Positions 1 through 15,784 of a stretch of 64,000 nucleotides of DNA are shown here, in pieces. Under the pieces are notes generated by a model. It searched no databases. It saw only the letters and a program-made list of their open reading frames with translations, and was not told the DNA's origin. Position numbers and translations under genes: made by a program. Origin of the DNA: Anaeramoeba ignava BMAN (lineage: Eukaryota > Protista > Anaeramoebae); NCBI GenBank assembly GCA_028826165.1, contig JAPDFW010000059.1:1364001-1428000 (forward strand), written 5' to 3'. The first letter of the stretch is position 1. Every line of letters begins with the position of its first letter.

Positions 1-242
1 TTAGTTATTTTATTTTGGATGAACCTCTTGTTAAAAAAATTGTAGAACTTTATCAATCTTTTTCAGATAAAAATTTAATTGTTCATCAAATGGAAGTTTT
101 TGTTAGTTTTATTCAAGATATTGTTCTTGCTTTAAAAATTTCAAAAGAACTTCGTTTTTTCAATTTATTTGATAATTTAAAAAGTGTTTTACCTTTACAT
201 TTAGTTAAAGAAGTAATTAAAAATGAGAAAGAAAAAAAGTGA
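1..242 (+). CDS. 3' end of an unidentified protein-coding gene (runs off the window start)
   Basis: Open frame ...LDEPLVKKIVELYQSF...KNEKEKK ends in TGA at 240-242; coding-like composition; converges on the helicase gene. No recognisable motif. Confidence 0.55.
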   Translation, partial: SYFILDEPLVKKIVELYQSFSDKNLIVHQMEVFVSFIQDIVLALKISKELRFFNLFDNLKSVLPLHLVKEVIKNEKEKK

Positions 243-344
243 AAGGAAAGAAAAGAAATTTTTATTTTTAGGGAAAAAAAAGTTCTATTTTTCTTCTTAC
301 TTTTTTTTTCTAATTAATTGATTAACCAATTAATTAAAAATTTT

Positions 345-3562
<3,218 letters not shown>

Positions 3563-3614
3563 TCCGTTTTATTTTTAAAAAATGAAAAGAAAAAATGAAA
3601 AAATAAAAAAATAA

Positions 3615-4445
3615 AAATTGATTTAAAAATTGATTTAGAAATTGATTTAAAAATTAATTTAAAAATTGATTTAAAAATTGATTTAGATTTAAAAATTGAT
3701 TTAGAAATTGATTTAGATTTTGATTTAGAAATTAATTTTGAAATTGATTTGGGATTTGACTTGGGATTTGATTTTGATTCTGAAATTGATTTAAAAATTG
3801 ATTTAAAAATTGATTTAAAAATTGATTTAAAAATTGATTTAGAAATTGATTTTGAAATTGATTTTGGAAATTGATTTAGAAATTGATTTGGAAATTAATT
3901 TTGAAATTGATTTGGAATTTGATTTAGAAATTGATTTAGAAATTGATTTAGAAATTGATTTAGAAATTGATTTAGAAATTGATTTAGAAATTAATTTTGG
4001 AATTGACTTGGAATTTGACTTGGAATTTGATTTGGAAATTAATTTTGAAATTGATTTGGGATTTGACTTAGAATTTGATTTAGAAATTGATTTAGAAATT
4101 GATTTAGAAATTGATTTAGAAATTGATTTAGAAATTGATTTAGAAATTGATTTTGGAAATTGATTTAGAAATTGATTTGGAAATTAATTTTGAAATTGAC
4201 TTGGAATTTGACTTGTGATTTGGATTTGATTTTGACTTGGGATTTGACTTGGAATTTGACTTGGAATTTGACTTGGAATTTGACTTGGAATTTGACTTGG
4301 AATTTGAATTTGATTTTGGTTCTGAAATTGATTTTGATTCTGAAATTGAAATTGATTCTTGAAATTGAAATTGATCTTGAAATTGAAATTGATCTTGAAA
4401 TTGAAATTGATTCTGAAATTGAAATTGATCTTGAAATTGAAATGG
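3615..4445. repeat. 12-bp minisatellite (GAAATTGATTTA / GAATTTGACTTG variants); partly intergenic, partly the C-terminal tail of the ankyrin-BTB gene
   Basis: Directly visible; accounts for spurious ORFs 3846..4163 and 4172..4453. Confidence 0.9.
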
Positions 4446-7400
4446 ATTTATAAATTGATCTGGAACAAAATTATTCAATTTAACTAAATTACCATTGAAA
4501 TTAACAATTCTTTGATTCGATTCAATTTCTTGCTTCCTTAAATCCCTTAAAAATAAATCAATTATTGAATTTTGATTTAATTGATAATAATCTTTAACAT
4601 CTCGAAGTTCTAAAAGAATTTTGTGATTAATTTCTTTTGTTTGTTCAAATTCATCATGATAAAGAAAATAAATAAATTGTTCAATTGTTTCAAATGATTT
4701 TCTTGAATAATCATGAACCTGATTTGATGTATCTTTAACATTTAATTCAAACATTCCTTTAAATAATTCACTTCTTAATATTAATATTAATTTATGAACT
4801 TGAACTTCTTTTTCTTCAATAATTATTTTGAAATCTTTTGTTGATTCTTGGTGATATAATTTATCAAAATCTTTTAACAATCCTTTTCTTCCTTTCTTTT
4901 CTTCAATCCATTTTGAATCAATTCCAATTTCTTTGAAAAATTCTTCAAGTTGTTTCTGTTTTTTATTCCATTTTTCAATTTGTTCTTGTTTTGGAAAATC
5001 TGGTGATTTATTCAGAAAAAGTTCTTTAAATTCCTCGAAATCAAGAAATCCTGTATAAATGAAATTTAAAGCCATTTCAATTTCTTCTTTTTTTGAGTTT
5101 TGTTTGCATTTGTTGATAAATTTTTGTAAAATTAAATCATCATTATCAAATCTTGTTAATAAAACTAGTTTATGAACTTGGAACTTAAATGAATTAATTG
5201 ATTGGATAATCAAATCTGAGAAACTTTCACTTGATTCTAGTAAATTTTTCATATCTTGATTAAATGAATATACTTTAGGAAAAATATTAATAAATTCTTT
5301 TGTGATTCTTGTATCTTTCATCAAATCAAAACCTAATAAATCATTCATTAATAAAGCTTGAATTGCTTTTTCGTTATTATTCTCAAGAATTATAGAAATT
5401 GGATTTTGCCCATAATTGCTTTTAAGACTAAGATCAGAGCCTTTTTCAACAAGAAATTGGATAATTTCAGATGATTTGAGATTTTTACAAGCAAAATGTA
5501 AAGGAGTTTCTTGATAGCTATTTTTAAGAAAAATATCTGCACCTTTTTCAACAAGATATTTCACAATTTCAAATGAATTTTCTCTTTGATAGTCGCAAAC
5601 AAAATGTAAAGGTGTTTTGTTATAATATTTTTGAGAATTAACATCAGCTCCATTTTCAACAAGAATTTTGATAATATCAAGTGAATCTTGATATGCACAA
5701 GCCAAGTCTAATGGACCTCTGTTTGATTTATTGATATTATTAGCATCAGCTCCATTTTCAACAAGTAATTTAATAACTTGAAATGAAATTTTTTGTTTTT
5801 GATATTCGCATGCAAGATCTAAAGGTGTTTGTTGGTAATTATTTTTTGCATTAACATCAGCTCCTTTTTCAACAAGTAATTGAATCACTTCAAAAGAATT
5901 ACTATCGCGACAAGCTTTATGCAAAGGTATATTATTTTCTTTATCTTTATAATTAATTTCAGCTCCCTTTTCTACAAGTAATTTAATAGCCTCAAATGGA
6001 CTATTTTGTTGGCAAGCAACACCCAATATTGATTGTTCATTTGTTGCTTTTGAATTAACATCAGCTCCTTTTTCAACAAGTAAATTGATTGTTTCAAATG
6101 GATTTCGAGAATAGAAAGCAAAGTGTAAAGCTGTTTGTTGAGATTTATTTTTTTCATTAACATCAATTCCTTTTTCAATAAGAAATTTAATCACTTCAAT
6201 TGGAGAATTATGTAAACAAGCGATATGCAAAGCTGTTTCTTGATCTTTTGTTTTAATAGTAGCATCAGCTCCTTTTTCAACAAGCAGCTTTACAATTTCA
6301 AATGAATTTTCTGGTTTTGTTTTACAAACAAAATGTAATGGTGTTTCATCATAAATTGTCTTTGCATTCAAATCAGCTCCTTTTTCAATAAGAAATTCAA
6401 CAATCTTAAATATATTCAAGTTTTGATTCTGATCTCTTTTTTGACAAATTAAATGTAAAGGTGTTAAGTCATGATTTCTTTTAGAATTAACATTAGCTCC
6501 TTTTTCAACAAGAAATTTCACAATTTCAAATGAATTTTCTGGTTGTTTTTCACAAATTAGATGTAAAGGTGATTGCTGGAAATATCTTACTTGAATATTA
6601 ACATCAGCTCCTTTTTCAACAAGGAATTGAATAATATCAAATGAATCTTCTTTTTCACAAGCAAAGTGTAAAGCTGTTTCTTTTTCCTTTGTTTGAGAGT
6701 TTACATCAATTCCTTTTTCAATTAGTAATTTAACAATTTCAAGTGGATTTGATTTTGGTTTTGGATTTGGATTTTTTTTGCAAATCAAATGTAAAAGATT
6801 TCCATTATCTTGGGTTGTCGAATTAAAATCAAATCCTTTTTCAATTGCAAATTTAGTCATTTCAAATGAATTTTCTTGATTTGAATAATCATAATCAATA
6901 TATAAATATGTTTGTCCATATCTATTTTTAGCATTGATATCAGCTCCATTTTCAATAAGTAATTTAACAAGCTCAATTGAATTTGGGTTTTTAGAAGCAA
7001 AATGTAAAGGAGTTTCTTCAGAATTACTTTTAACATTAATTTCAGCTCCTTTTTCAATAAGTAATTTAGCAATTTCAATTGATCTCCCATTTTGACAAGC
7101 AAGATGTAAAGGAGTTTCTTGAGAACTATTTTTACAATTAATTTCAGCTCCTTTTTCAATAAGGAATTTAACAAGTTCAAATGAATTTTCGTTTTGATAT
7201 CTGCAAAGAAAATGCAAAGGAGTTTCTCGATATCTATTTGGAGAATTGATATCAGCTCCTTTTTCAATAAGAAATTTAGCAATTTCAATTGATTTTGGGT
7301 TTTGACAAGCAAAATGTAAAGGAGTTTCTTCAGAATTATTTTGAGAATTAACATCAGCTCCTTTTTCAATAAGAAATTGAATCACTTCAATTGATTTTCC

Positions 7401-7874
7401 ATTTCTAGAAGCAGAATGCAAAGGAGTTTCATTACCATTTGCTATATTATTCAAATCAGCTCCTTTTTCAACAAGTAATTTAATCACTTCAAATGAATTT
7501 TCATTTTGATATTTGCAAAGAAAATGCAAAGGAGTTTCACTATCATTTGTTATAATATTCAAATCAGCTCCTTTTTCAACAAGTAATTTTACAACATCAA
7601 GTGAAATTGAACTTGGATACTGACAAACTAAATGTAAAGGAGCTCGATATTCTAATTTTGGTGCTGCTGCATTTATTCTTCTTGTTGAAATTAAGAAATC
7701 AATTGAGTGATAATAATTTCTTTCATTTAAATTATAAGGAAAACGTTTTCTAAAATTCATCATTTCTATTTTTGTATCCGGATTCATTCCTAAATTAATT
7801 ATATATTTAATTTCTTCAAAAGAATTTTTTTGGAAAGCAAAATAAAATTTTTTCATTAATTCAATTTGATCCAT
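4140..7874 (-). CDS. Ankyrin-repeat (~22 repeats) protein with C-terminal tandem BTB/POZ domains; intronless, 1244 aa
   Basis: Repeated TPLHxAC...LLVEKGADVN ankyrin units, then SDLII...VHKLVLLTR and KDFKII...VHKLILILRSELFKGMF BTB cores; repeat-derived low-complexity tail. Confidence 0.92.
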   Translation of the reverse strand: MDQIELMKKFYFAFQKNSFEEIKYIINLGMNPDTKIEMMNFRKRFPYNLNERNYYHSIDFLISTRRINAAAPKLEYRAPLHLVCQYPSSISLDVVKLLVEKGADLNIITNDSETPLHFLCKYQNENSFEVIKLLVEKGADLNNIANGNETPLHSASRNGKSIEVIQFLIEKGADVNSQNNSEETPLHFACQNPKSIEIAKFLIEKGADINSPNRYRETPLHFLCRYQNENSFELVKFLIEKGAEINCKNSSQETPLHLACQNGRSIEIAKLLIEKGAEINVKSNSEETPLHFASKNPNSIELVKLLIENGADINAKNRYGQTYLYIDYDYSNQENSFEMTKFAIEKGFDFNSTTQDNGNLLHLICKKNPNPKPKSNPLEIVKLLIEKGIDVNSQTKEKETALHFACEKEDSFDIIQFLVEKGADVNIQVRYFQQSPLHLICEKQPENSFEIVKFLVEKGANVNSKRNHDLTPLHLICQKRDQNQNLNIFKIVEFLIEKGADLNAKTIYDETPLHFVCKTKPENSFEIVKLLVEKGADATIKTKDQETALHIACLHNSPIEVIKFLIEKGIDVNEKNKSQQTALHFAFYSRNPFETINLLVEKGADVNSKATNEQSILGVACQQNSPFEAIKLLVEKGAEINYKDKENNIPLHKACRDSNSFEVIQLLVEKGADVNAKNNYQQTPLDLACEYQKQKISFQVIKLLVENGADANNINKSNRGPLDLACAYQDSLDIIKILVENGADVNSQKYYNKTPLHFVCDYQRENSFEIVKYLVEKGADIFLKNSYQETPLHFACKNLKSSEIIQFLVEKGSDLSLKSNYGQNPISIILENNNEKAIQALLMNDLLGFDLMKDTRITKEFINIFPKVYSFNQDMKNLLESSESFSDLIIQSINSFKFQVHKLVLLTRFDNDDLILQKFINKCKQNSKKEEIEMALNFIYTGFLDFEEFKELFLNKSPDFPKQEQIEKWNKKQKQLEEFFKEIGIDSKWIEEKKGRKGLLKDFDKLYHQESTKDFKIIIEEKEVQVHKLILILRSELFKGMFELNVKDTSNQVHDYSRKSFETIEQFIYFLYHDEFEQTKEINHKILLELRDVKDYYQLNQNSIIDLFLRDLRKQEIESNQRIVNFNGNLVKLNNFVPDQFINPFQFQDQFQFQNQFQFQDQFQFQDQFQFQESISISESKSISEPKSNSNSKSNSKSNSKSNSKSNSKSNPKSKSNPNHKSNSKSISKLISKSISKSISKINF

Positions 7875-7958
7875 TTTAAAAAAAAAAATAAAAAGAAAAA
7901 AAATGAAAAAATTTTTGCTTTTTTTAATTTCGAAAAATCCAAAAAAAAAAAAAAAAAA

Positions 7959-10900
7959 TTATTTCCTTTCAATTTCAATAGGAGAAAATGGAATTTCATC
8001 ATCATCATCTGTTGATTGATTATCAGAATGCATATCCCAAAACATTGAATAATCTTGAAATTCAACAGAAATTGTTGGTTTTGAAGGAGTAGTTTCATTT
8101 CTTTTTGAAATTCTTAATTCTTTTGTTTTTCTTCTTGTTACTCTAGATGTTAATGTTGGATCAGAAATGAAAGAATCAACAAAATCTTGTTTTGATAAAT
8201 CATCATAAATTTCCATCTAAAAATTACATATTTAAATTCAAATATTTAAATTAATATTTAAATCAAATATTTAAATCAATATTTAAATCAATATTTAAAT
8301 TCAAATATTTAAATTAATATTTAAATCAAATATTTAAATTCAAATATTTAAATTAATATTTAAATCAAATATTTAAATCAATTATTTAAATCAAATATTT
8401 AAATCAAATATTTAAATCAAATATTTAAATTAATATATAAATTAATATATTTAAATCAATATATAAATTAATATTTAAATCAAATATTTAAATTAATATT
8501 TAAATTCAGGATTTTTAATTATTTAAAGAAATATTTAAATAATGATTTTCTTAAAGATTATTTTCAAATATTTTCAATTATTCAAATCAAATATTTAAAT
8601 TAAGCTTAATTTAAAAAAGAAAAATTGAATTATTTCTTAAAGATCTTCTAGCTCTTCTAATCAAAGGAAGATAAGTATTAACCTAAAAAAATGAAAATTG
8701 AATTAATTTTAAAATCATTTTAAAATTAATTATTATAAAATTGAAAATACAGTTGGTGTTTGTTTCTTTTTAATAGATTCTTTTTGATTTTGTTTTTCAT
8801 CTTTCTCTTTATCTTTAGTTTCACTTCTTTTACCCATTTTTCTTTTTGATTGACCAGCTCTTCCACAAATTTCGCATTTTTTTCCTGTAACTAAACATTC
8901 ATTATGATAAATATGTCCACAATTAAAAAGAACAAAATTTTTAGTTTTTGCAATTTCTGATTCACCAAATTGAATTTTATTTCCACAAGAACCACATTTC
9001 ATTTCATGAATTAAAACAGCACTTGAACGTTGTTGGAATAATTTTCTCATTGTTCGAAAAGAATCCTAAAAATATTTGAATTTTTAAATTGAATTGAATT
9101 TGAATTTTAATTTTTAAATTGAATTTTGAATTGAATTGAATTGAATTGTAAATTAATACTTGAACTAATAATCTTTTTGCTGTTGTTAAAATAGTTGTTT
9201 CATAGGCATATGTATCAATCATTGATTGAATAACACTTTTAAATTTATCAAATTTTTGTTCACGATAATCCTTAATTAATTTATCAAGAACATCAGACAT
9301 AGAAAGATGACCAATCATCTTATTCAAAGTAAACAAAACAAATCCAGTTAAAACATCATATTGTTTTTGAGAAACAAGAGTTTCAAGTTTGTTTTTATTT
9401 TGCTTCATGAGATGTTGAATAGGAATTGTAAAAATATCCAAAAGATGAAACCACATTTCTTGTGCAGTTGTTGTTGTCATCTCCACATTTCGAATACAAA
9501 ATTGAGTTGATTCATTCAGAATTTTTCGGACTTGAATAATTTCAGGAACAGTTGATTCTTCAACGGTAACATCTGTTTCAATTTGTTCTTGGGATTCAAG
9601 AATTTTTGATTGGAGTTTGTTGACATTTTCACTAAGTGCTTCCAAAAGAATTTTCCAAGCACTTTGAATATCTCCCATTCTTTCAAGAAGATAAACTCTT
9701 GCATCTGCAACATTGAAGTCTGTTGTTGCTTGTAAACAATAATCCAAACGATAGTTCTCGCTCGAACGCAAATATGCTAGAACATTTCCTGGCTCAATTT
9801 CACACATCAGACGAATATAACACTCATTCAATTCGCTTGTTAATTCTATTTTTTTCTTTTGATTTTCTTCATTTTCTTCGCTTCGATTTTTGTTTTTCTT
9901 TGTATTCTTGCTTTGAATAACTTGAATAATTCCATTTAAATAGTAATAATGAAATTTTGGAGTTGATGGTAATTTTTTCATAATAATTTCATGTTGTTCG
10001 GGAAAGGAATTCATAATCAATTTTGCTGTTTTCAGTGGTTCAATCATTAGTAAAGATTGTAAATGCTCCAAAATGGCATTTTTTAATGCCTCATATGTTT
10101 CTTTAGAGGATTCTGGATTATCAATAACTCCATCAATTAAAATAAAAACATCATTTTTACGAATTTCATCCCGAAGATAATATCGGAATCCATTGATGTA
10201 ATCATTTGTTCGAATGTATAAATATTCACATATTTTGTCATATCCAACAGTCTCTGAAAGTAGAAGTAATTTTTTTTCATCAAATGATTCCGCATTTGGT
10301 CCTTTTAATATCTTCAAAAATAATCTTTCTTTTTCATCAGGATTTAATTTTTCTTCCATGTTTTGTTCAGGTTCAAGTTTCACAAGATATGAAATGATTG
10401 CGCCCAATAATCTTTGACTTATTCGAACTTTATGATCCATTAGGTAATAAGATGTAAAAATGTAAAATTCTTCCAAATCTTTTGGCTAAATAGTTTTAAT
10501 TTTAATTTTTAAATGAATTTTAATATTAATTTTTAATTTTTGATTAAAAACCTTGAATTTTGAACTTTCGGATATTTTTAAAGGATCTAAAATATCAATT
10601 TCGGAATCTAATAATATTGATTCAATAATTGCAAATGCATTTTCAGTTATTGTTATTGACAATTTTGTTGATTCTTGATTTTTTTGTTTATCATTATTTT
10701 CATTTTTTTGTTTATCGTTATTTTCTTCATTTTCATTTTCATTTTCATTTATATTTTCATCATTTTCATCATTTTCATTTATATTTTCATTATTTTCATT
10801 ATTTTCTTGAGGAGATTCTTTTATTGTTTCTGTTTCTTTTGTTTTTGTTTTTGTTTTTGTTTTTGATTTTTCTGTAATTTTCATTTGATTTTCCATTTGA

Positions 10901-13900
10901 TATTCTTCAATTCTTTCACAAATTAAAGCTACTGATTCTAAAACTTGATGAACATTCATTAATAATAATACTAAAAGATATGGATAAGATCCTCTAGCTA
11001 AAAATTACAAGAAAAAAAAATAAAAGGAAATAAATTATAAATTTATAATTTAAAACATTATAAATTTAAAATTAACCATCCTTTTCGTGTTTTTTGAAAA
11101 GAAGTGAATATAAATCAGTTTGAATTTCAAGAAGTTTTTCTTCTGAAATTGTTCTTAAATTTGGTGAAAGTATGTAATTAAGATATTTTGGAATTAATAA
11201 AGAAAGATTTTTCATCATTTCTTCTGGATTTTCAACTTTTGCATGTTGATGAACAAAAAATCGACTTTTTTGAAACTGAGAATTTTTTTGATTTTGATCT
11301 TGATTTTGATTTTGATTTGTTTGGCCTGTATAATAACAGAAAATATTAAGCATATAATATAAAGGAGAAATAAAATCTAAAAGATCTCGATTTGATACTC
11401 TTATCATAGCTTGATATAAATGATAATGCCTATAAATTCCAACAACCTAAAAAAATATATTGATTTTTTTAAATTGAAAAAAAATCAAAGAGTAAAGAAT
11501 GTTTTTTGATTAAAATTATTTGCTTCTTTCTTTTGTTATCATAAATTAAAAAAAAATAATAATCACAAATTTTGGATCAAGATGACTAGAATTTAATTCA
11601 AGACAGCAAGCTTCTGCTCTTTTTAATTTGTGGTTTTGGTAATAATTCTTAACAAAAGAGAGAAGAAGTTTTCCTGGAATTTTTGCAAAATCATCACTTG
11701 TTCCAAGACCTGAACGATAAGTATTTCGAACAGAAATATTTTTTTGACTTTTTCTGCCAGTTAATCCATTTGTTGCAATATTTTTCTCGTTAATTTGAGT
11801 TTGAGTGATCAAAAATGGTTCGAATCTTTCTAAAATTTCTGATAGAAAATTACTTTTTTCAAATTTGGAAAAAATTGTATGAAAAAGGAAAGTATATTGT
11901 TCTGTATGTTGACAACAAGATATTGCAAGCATAGAAAGTTCTTGAGCAATTAATTTTTTATTGGAATCATTAATTTCATTTTCTTGATTTTCATGATTAA
12001 TTTGATTTTCTTGATTTTCTTGATTTTCATTATTTTCATTATTTTCATTATTTTCATTATTTTCATTATTTTCATTTTTTTCATTATTTTCATTTTTTTG
12101 ATTTGCTAATTTTAATTTTTCAAGTGAAATATCAATAAACATTCCAAGTGTGTTTAATAATCTTGTTATTATAATTGCTTGTCTTTCCAAATAATGTAAA
12201 GTTGGTAAACTTGATGGAGATTTTGCATTTCCCTTTAAGAAATGAATAATTTTTAATTTTTAATTTTTAAATTTTTGATTTAAATTTCATTTTTAAATAA
12301 TTACAGAAAAAAATTCAAGTATTAAATTAATTGCATCAATAAAATAATTTTTTTGAAGTAAAAAGTTAATTGTATCATGGAAAGAAAGAATAATAAAAAC
12401 ATTAAATTCGTTTTTTCCAAAAAATAATATTTCTGAAAATGAATGTCTAACTATTGATTTATGGTAAGAATTTGCTGTTTTTTCAGTATCTTTTTCAGTT
12501 TTAATTTTTTGAGGTTTAAATGAATTTGATGAAAACATTAAAGAATCAACAATTTCTGTGCTTGAGAAAGGATCATATAAATAGCCTATTCCTCGAGCAT
12601 CAAAAATAGAGATAGACTTTTATAATTTTAATTTTAAATTTAAATTTTAATTTTGAAATGAATTTTAAATTTTAATTTTAATTATAATTTTAATTTTATT
12701 TTTAATTTTATACATTTTCTCCAACCCAAAATACTGAACGACCATTAAAAGATAAATCAATTGATGTTCGAGGAATAAATTGAACAACAGATTCTTGAAT
12801 ATTTTGATCTGTTATTTGTTGAATTTCAATTTGGAAAATAGAAAGAGTTTTTCCCCAAACAACAGCAAACATTGGAAATGAAATTTCTCTTCCAGTACTA
12901 GTTTCAAATTCTAAATTAAATAAAACAAATTTTCCGATTTAATTTAATTCAATTCAGTTTTTTAATTTTAATTTAATTTAATTTAATTTTTTAATTTTAA
13001 TTTAATTTAATTTAATTTAATTTAATTTAATTTAATTTTAATTTAATTTTAATTTAATTTAATTTAATTTAATTTAAAATGAAATTTAATTTCCATTTAA
13101 TTTAATTTTTTAATTTAAAATTTCTAATTTAATTTAATTTAATTTAATTTAATTTTAATTTAATTTAATTTAATTTAATTTAATTTAATTTTAATTTAAT
13201 TTAATTTAATTTAATTTAATTTTAATTTAATTTAATTTAATTTAATTTAATTTAATTTAATTTTAATTTAATTTAATTTAATTTTAATTTAATTTATTTA
13301 ATTTAAAATTAATTTAATTTAATTTAATTCAATTTAAAATTAATTTAATTTAATTTAATTCAATTTAAAATTAATTTAATTTAATTTAATTCAATTTAAA
13401 ATTAATTTAATTTAATTTAATTTAATTTAATTTAATTTAATTTAATTTAATTTAATTTAATTTAATTTAATTTTTTAATTCAGTTTTTTAATTTTAAATT
13501 TGAATATGATTTGGTTTCACCTTGTGGTGGTTTCCATGCAAAATAAGGAAATGTTGTTGTTTTCTTTTTTGGATCTGGTGGTTGATTAAAATAAAAAAGT
13601 ATTGCTATTGTTGGATTTAATTGAATAATAAAAACCTAAGTAAAAAATTTAATTCAAACAATTTTGTTTTCAATTTTGATAAGAAAAATTAATTCTAAAT
13701 TAAAAAAAATTAAATTTCACTTTTTTTGTTGAAATAATTGCAATAAAAGGAGGAGCATCTATATTAGAATTTAAATCATTTTTGAGTAAAGGTTTTGCAG
13801 CTAAAATATGAGAATTAACAATTCCTTCAATAATATGTGGTTGTTTAGAAACTTTCCACATTAAAAGTTTTGAGAAAGTTAAAATATTGATATTTCCCTA

Positions 13901-15653
13901 ATTGAATTTTAATTTTTAATTTTTAAATTGATTTTTGAATTTATTTTTAATTGAATTTTAATTTTTAATTTTTAAATTGATTTTTAAATTGATTTTTGAA
14001 TTTTAAATTGATTTTTAAATTGATTTTTAAATTGATTTTTAAATTGATTTTTTAATTTAATTTTTAAATTGATTTTTAAATTGATTTTTAAATTGATTTT
14101 TAAATTGATTTTTAAATTGATTTTTAAATTGATTTTTTAATTTTTAAATTGATTTTTAAATTAATTTTTGAATTGATTTTTAAATTGATTTTTAAATTAA
14201 TTTTTAAATTGATTTTTAAATTAATTTGATTTTTAAATTGATTTTTAAATTGATTTTTAATTTTTAAATTGATTTTTAATTTGATTTTTAATTTTTAAAT
14301 TGAATTTTAATTTTTAAATTGATTTTTAAATTGATTTTTGATTTTTAAATTGATTTTTAAATTGAATTTTGATTTTTAAATCGATTTTTGAATTAATTTT
14401 AAATTGATTTTTAATTTTTAAATTGATTTTTACAATCTCATCAATACAAAAAGTTTTTCCTTTTTCAGATAGAAATTTAACATCAACAACTGGATTTTTA
14501 AAAGCATTTACTTTTTTCATTTCTTTTTTTGTTTTCCAATTCCAAAGAATAACACTTCCACTATGATATCCAGCAATTAACCATTCTTGACAATCAGGTA
14601 AAGAAGAAAAATCCAAACAAGTTACAGAACCAAGAATAGCTAAAAAAAAAAAAAAGATAATTTTATTTGAAGAAGAAAAAGAGAAAAAATTTTAATTTGA
14701 ATATTTTTTAATTTTAAATTTTTAATTTTACTTGTAGCTGGTTTGATTGAATAAAGAAATTTTTGAGAATGATTAAATATTGCAATAATTCCTTGTTCAG
14801 AACCAATCGCCATAACATTTTTTTGAGTCTAAAATTAAAATTCATTTATAAAATTCATTTATAAAATTCATTTATAAAATTAAAATTGAAATTAAAATTG
14901 AAATTAAAATTCATTTATAAAATTCATTTCAAAATTAAAATTAAAATTGAAATTAATATTGAAATTAATATTATAATTAAAATTATAATTAAAATTCATT
15001 TATAAAATTCATTTTGAAATCAATATTAAAATTCATTTTGAAATTGAAATTAAAATTCATTTATAAAATTCATTTATAAAATTCATTTATAAAATTCTAT
15101 TTACAACAAGACAAGTTGGTTCTCCAATCCCTAATTTTTGTAATTTTTCAGCTAATTCAACTTGTTTAAGCATTCCTAATCTTTGTATTTTTGGAGCTTG
15201 AGATTTAAAAATTTGAGGAAGTCTTTGTTCTTTTTCTAAATCTTTTTGATTTTTTTGATTTGATTGATTTGATTGATTTTGAATATTTTGAATATTTTGA
15301 ATATTTTCAATATCATCATCAACATCATCATCTCCATCAATAATTGACTTCATTGCATCTTCTCCAATTTGCTTAATCATATCTTCAACAACACCTTCAT
15401 CTTGGTCACTTTTTATAGATTCTGTTTCACTGTCTAAAAGAACATTTAACTTCGTTTCTTCGTTTTCTTTTTTATCTTTTTTTTTTTCGGTTTTTTTTTT
15501 ATCTTTTTTTTTTGGTTTTAAATTTGTTTCTGAATCTGAATTGGAATCTAAATCTGAATCTAATAACATGCTTAATGTAGTATTTGTAGGAATATTTGCT
15601 GTTTCTATTGGGTCTTCATTATCAGAAGAAGTATCAAGAAGTGGATTTGACAT
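7959..15653 (-). CDS. VPS8: Vacuolar protein sorting 8 (CORVET subunit); 14 exons: 15653-15105, 14828-14732, 14639-14434, 13897-13721, 13635-13521, 12910-12714, 12616-12305, 12232-11567, 11446-11077, 10997-10552, 10485-9160, 9065-8751, 8682-~8625/8653, 8216-7959
   Basis: Acidic N-terminus; WD40 propeller (GEPTCLV..MAIGSEQG, GSVTCLDFS..LIAGYHSGSVILW); Vps8/CORVET core (DFISPL); clathrin-heavy-chain-like repeat (YIRLMCEIEPGNVLAYL..NYRLDYCL..YLLERMGD); C-terminal RING-H2 (CGSC...FNCGHIYHNEC...CEIC). 12 of 13 introns are frame-preserving GT-AG; the last donor is unresolved. Confidence 0.85.
12935..13500. repeat. (AATTT)n pentamer microsatellite in Vps8 intron 5
   Basis: Directly visible. Confidence 0.9.
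13900..14430. repeat. (AAATTGATTTTT)n 12-bp repeat in Vps8 intron 3
   Basis: Directly visible. Confidence 0.9.
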
Positions 15654-15784
15654 TTTTTTTAAAAAAAAAATAATTAAAAAATTAAAAAGGAAAAAAATGA
15701 AAAAAAAAAAGCAAAAAAAAAAAAATTTTTAATTTAATATTTTTTTTTCATTTTTTTCTCTTCAAAACATTTATTAAATAAATA
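15654..15784. promoter_or_regulatory. 131-bp bidirectional promoter (Vps8 / cupin) with outward-facing TCATTTTT initiator motifs
   Basis: Minus-strand TCA at 15700-15698 and plus-strand TCA at 15748-15750, each in a T-rich tract 35-45 nt before its ATG. Confidence 0.65.

Noticed and set aside
5972-7369. Alternate-frame ORFs inside the ankyrin gene
   Set aside because: Shadow frames of the repetitive ankyrin codons.
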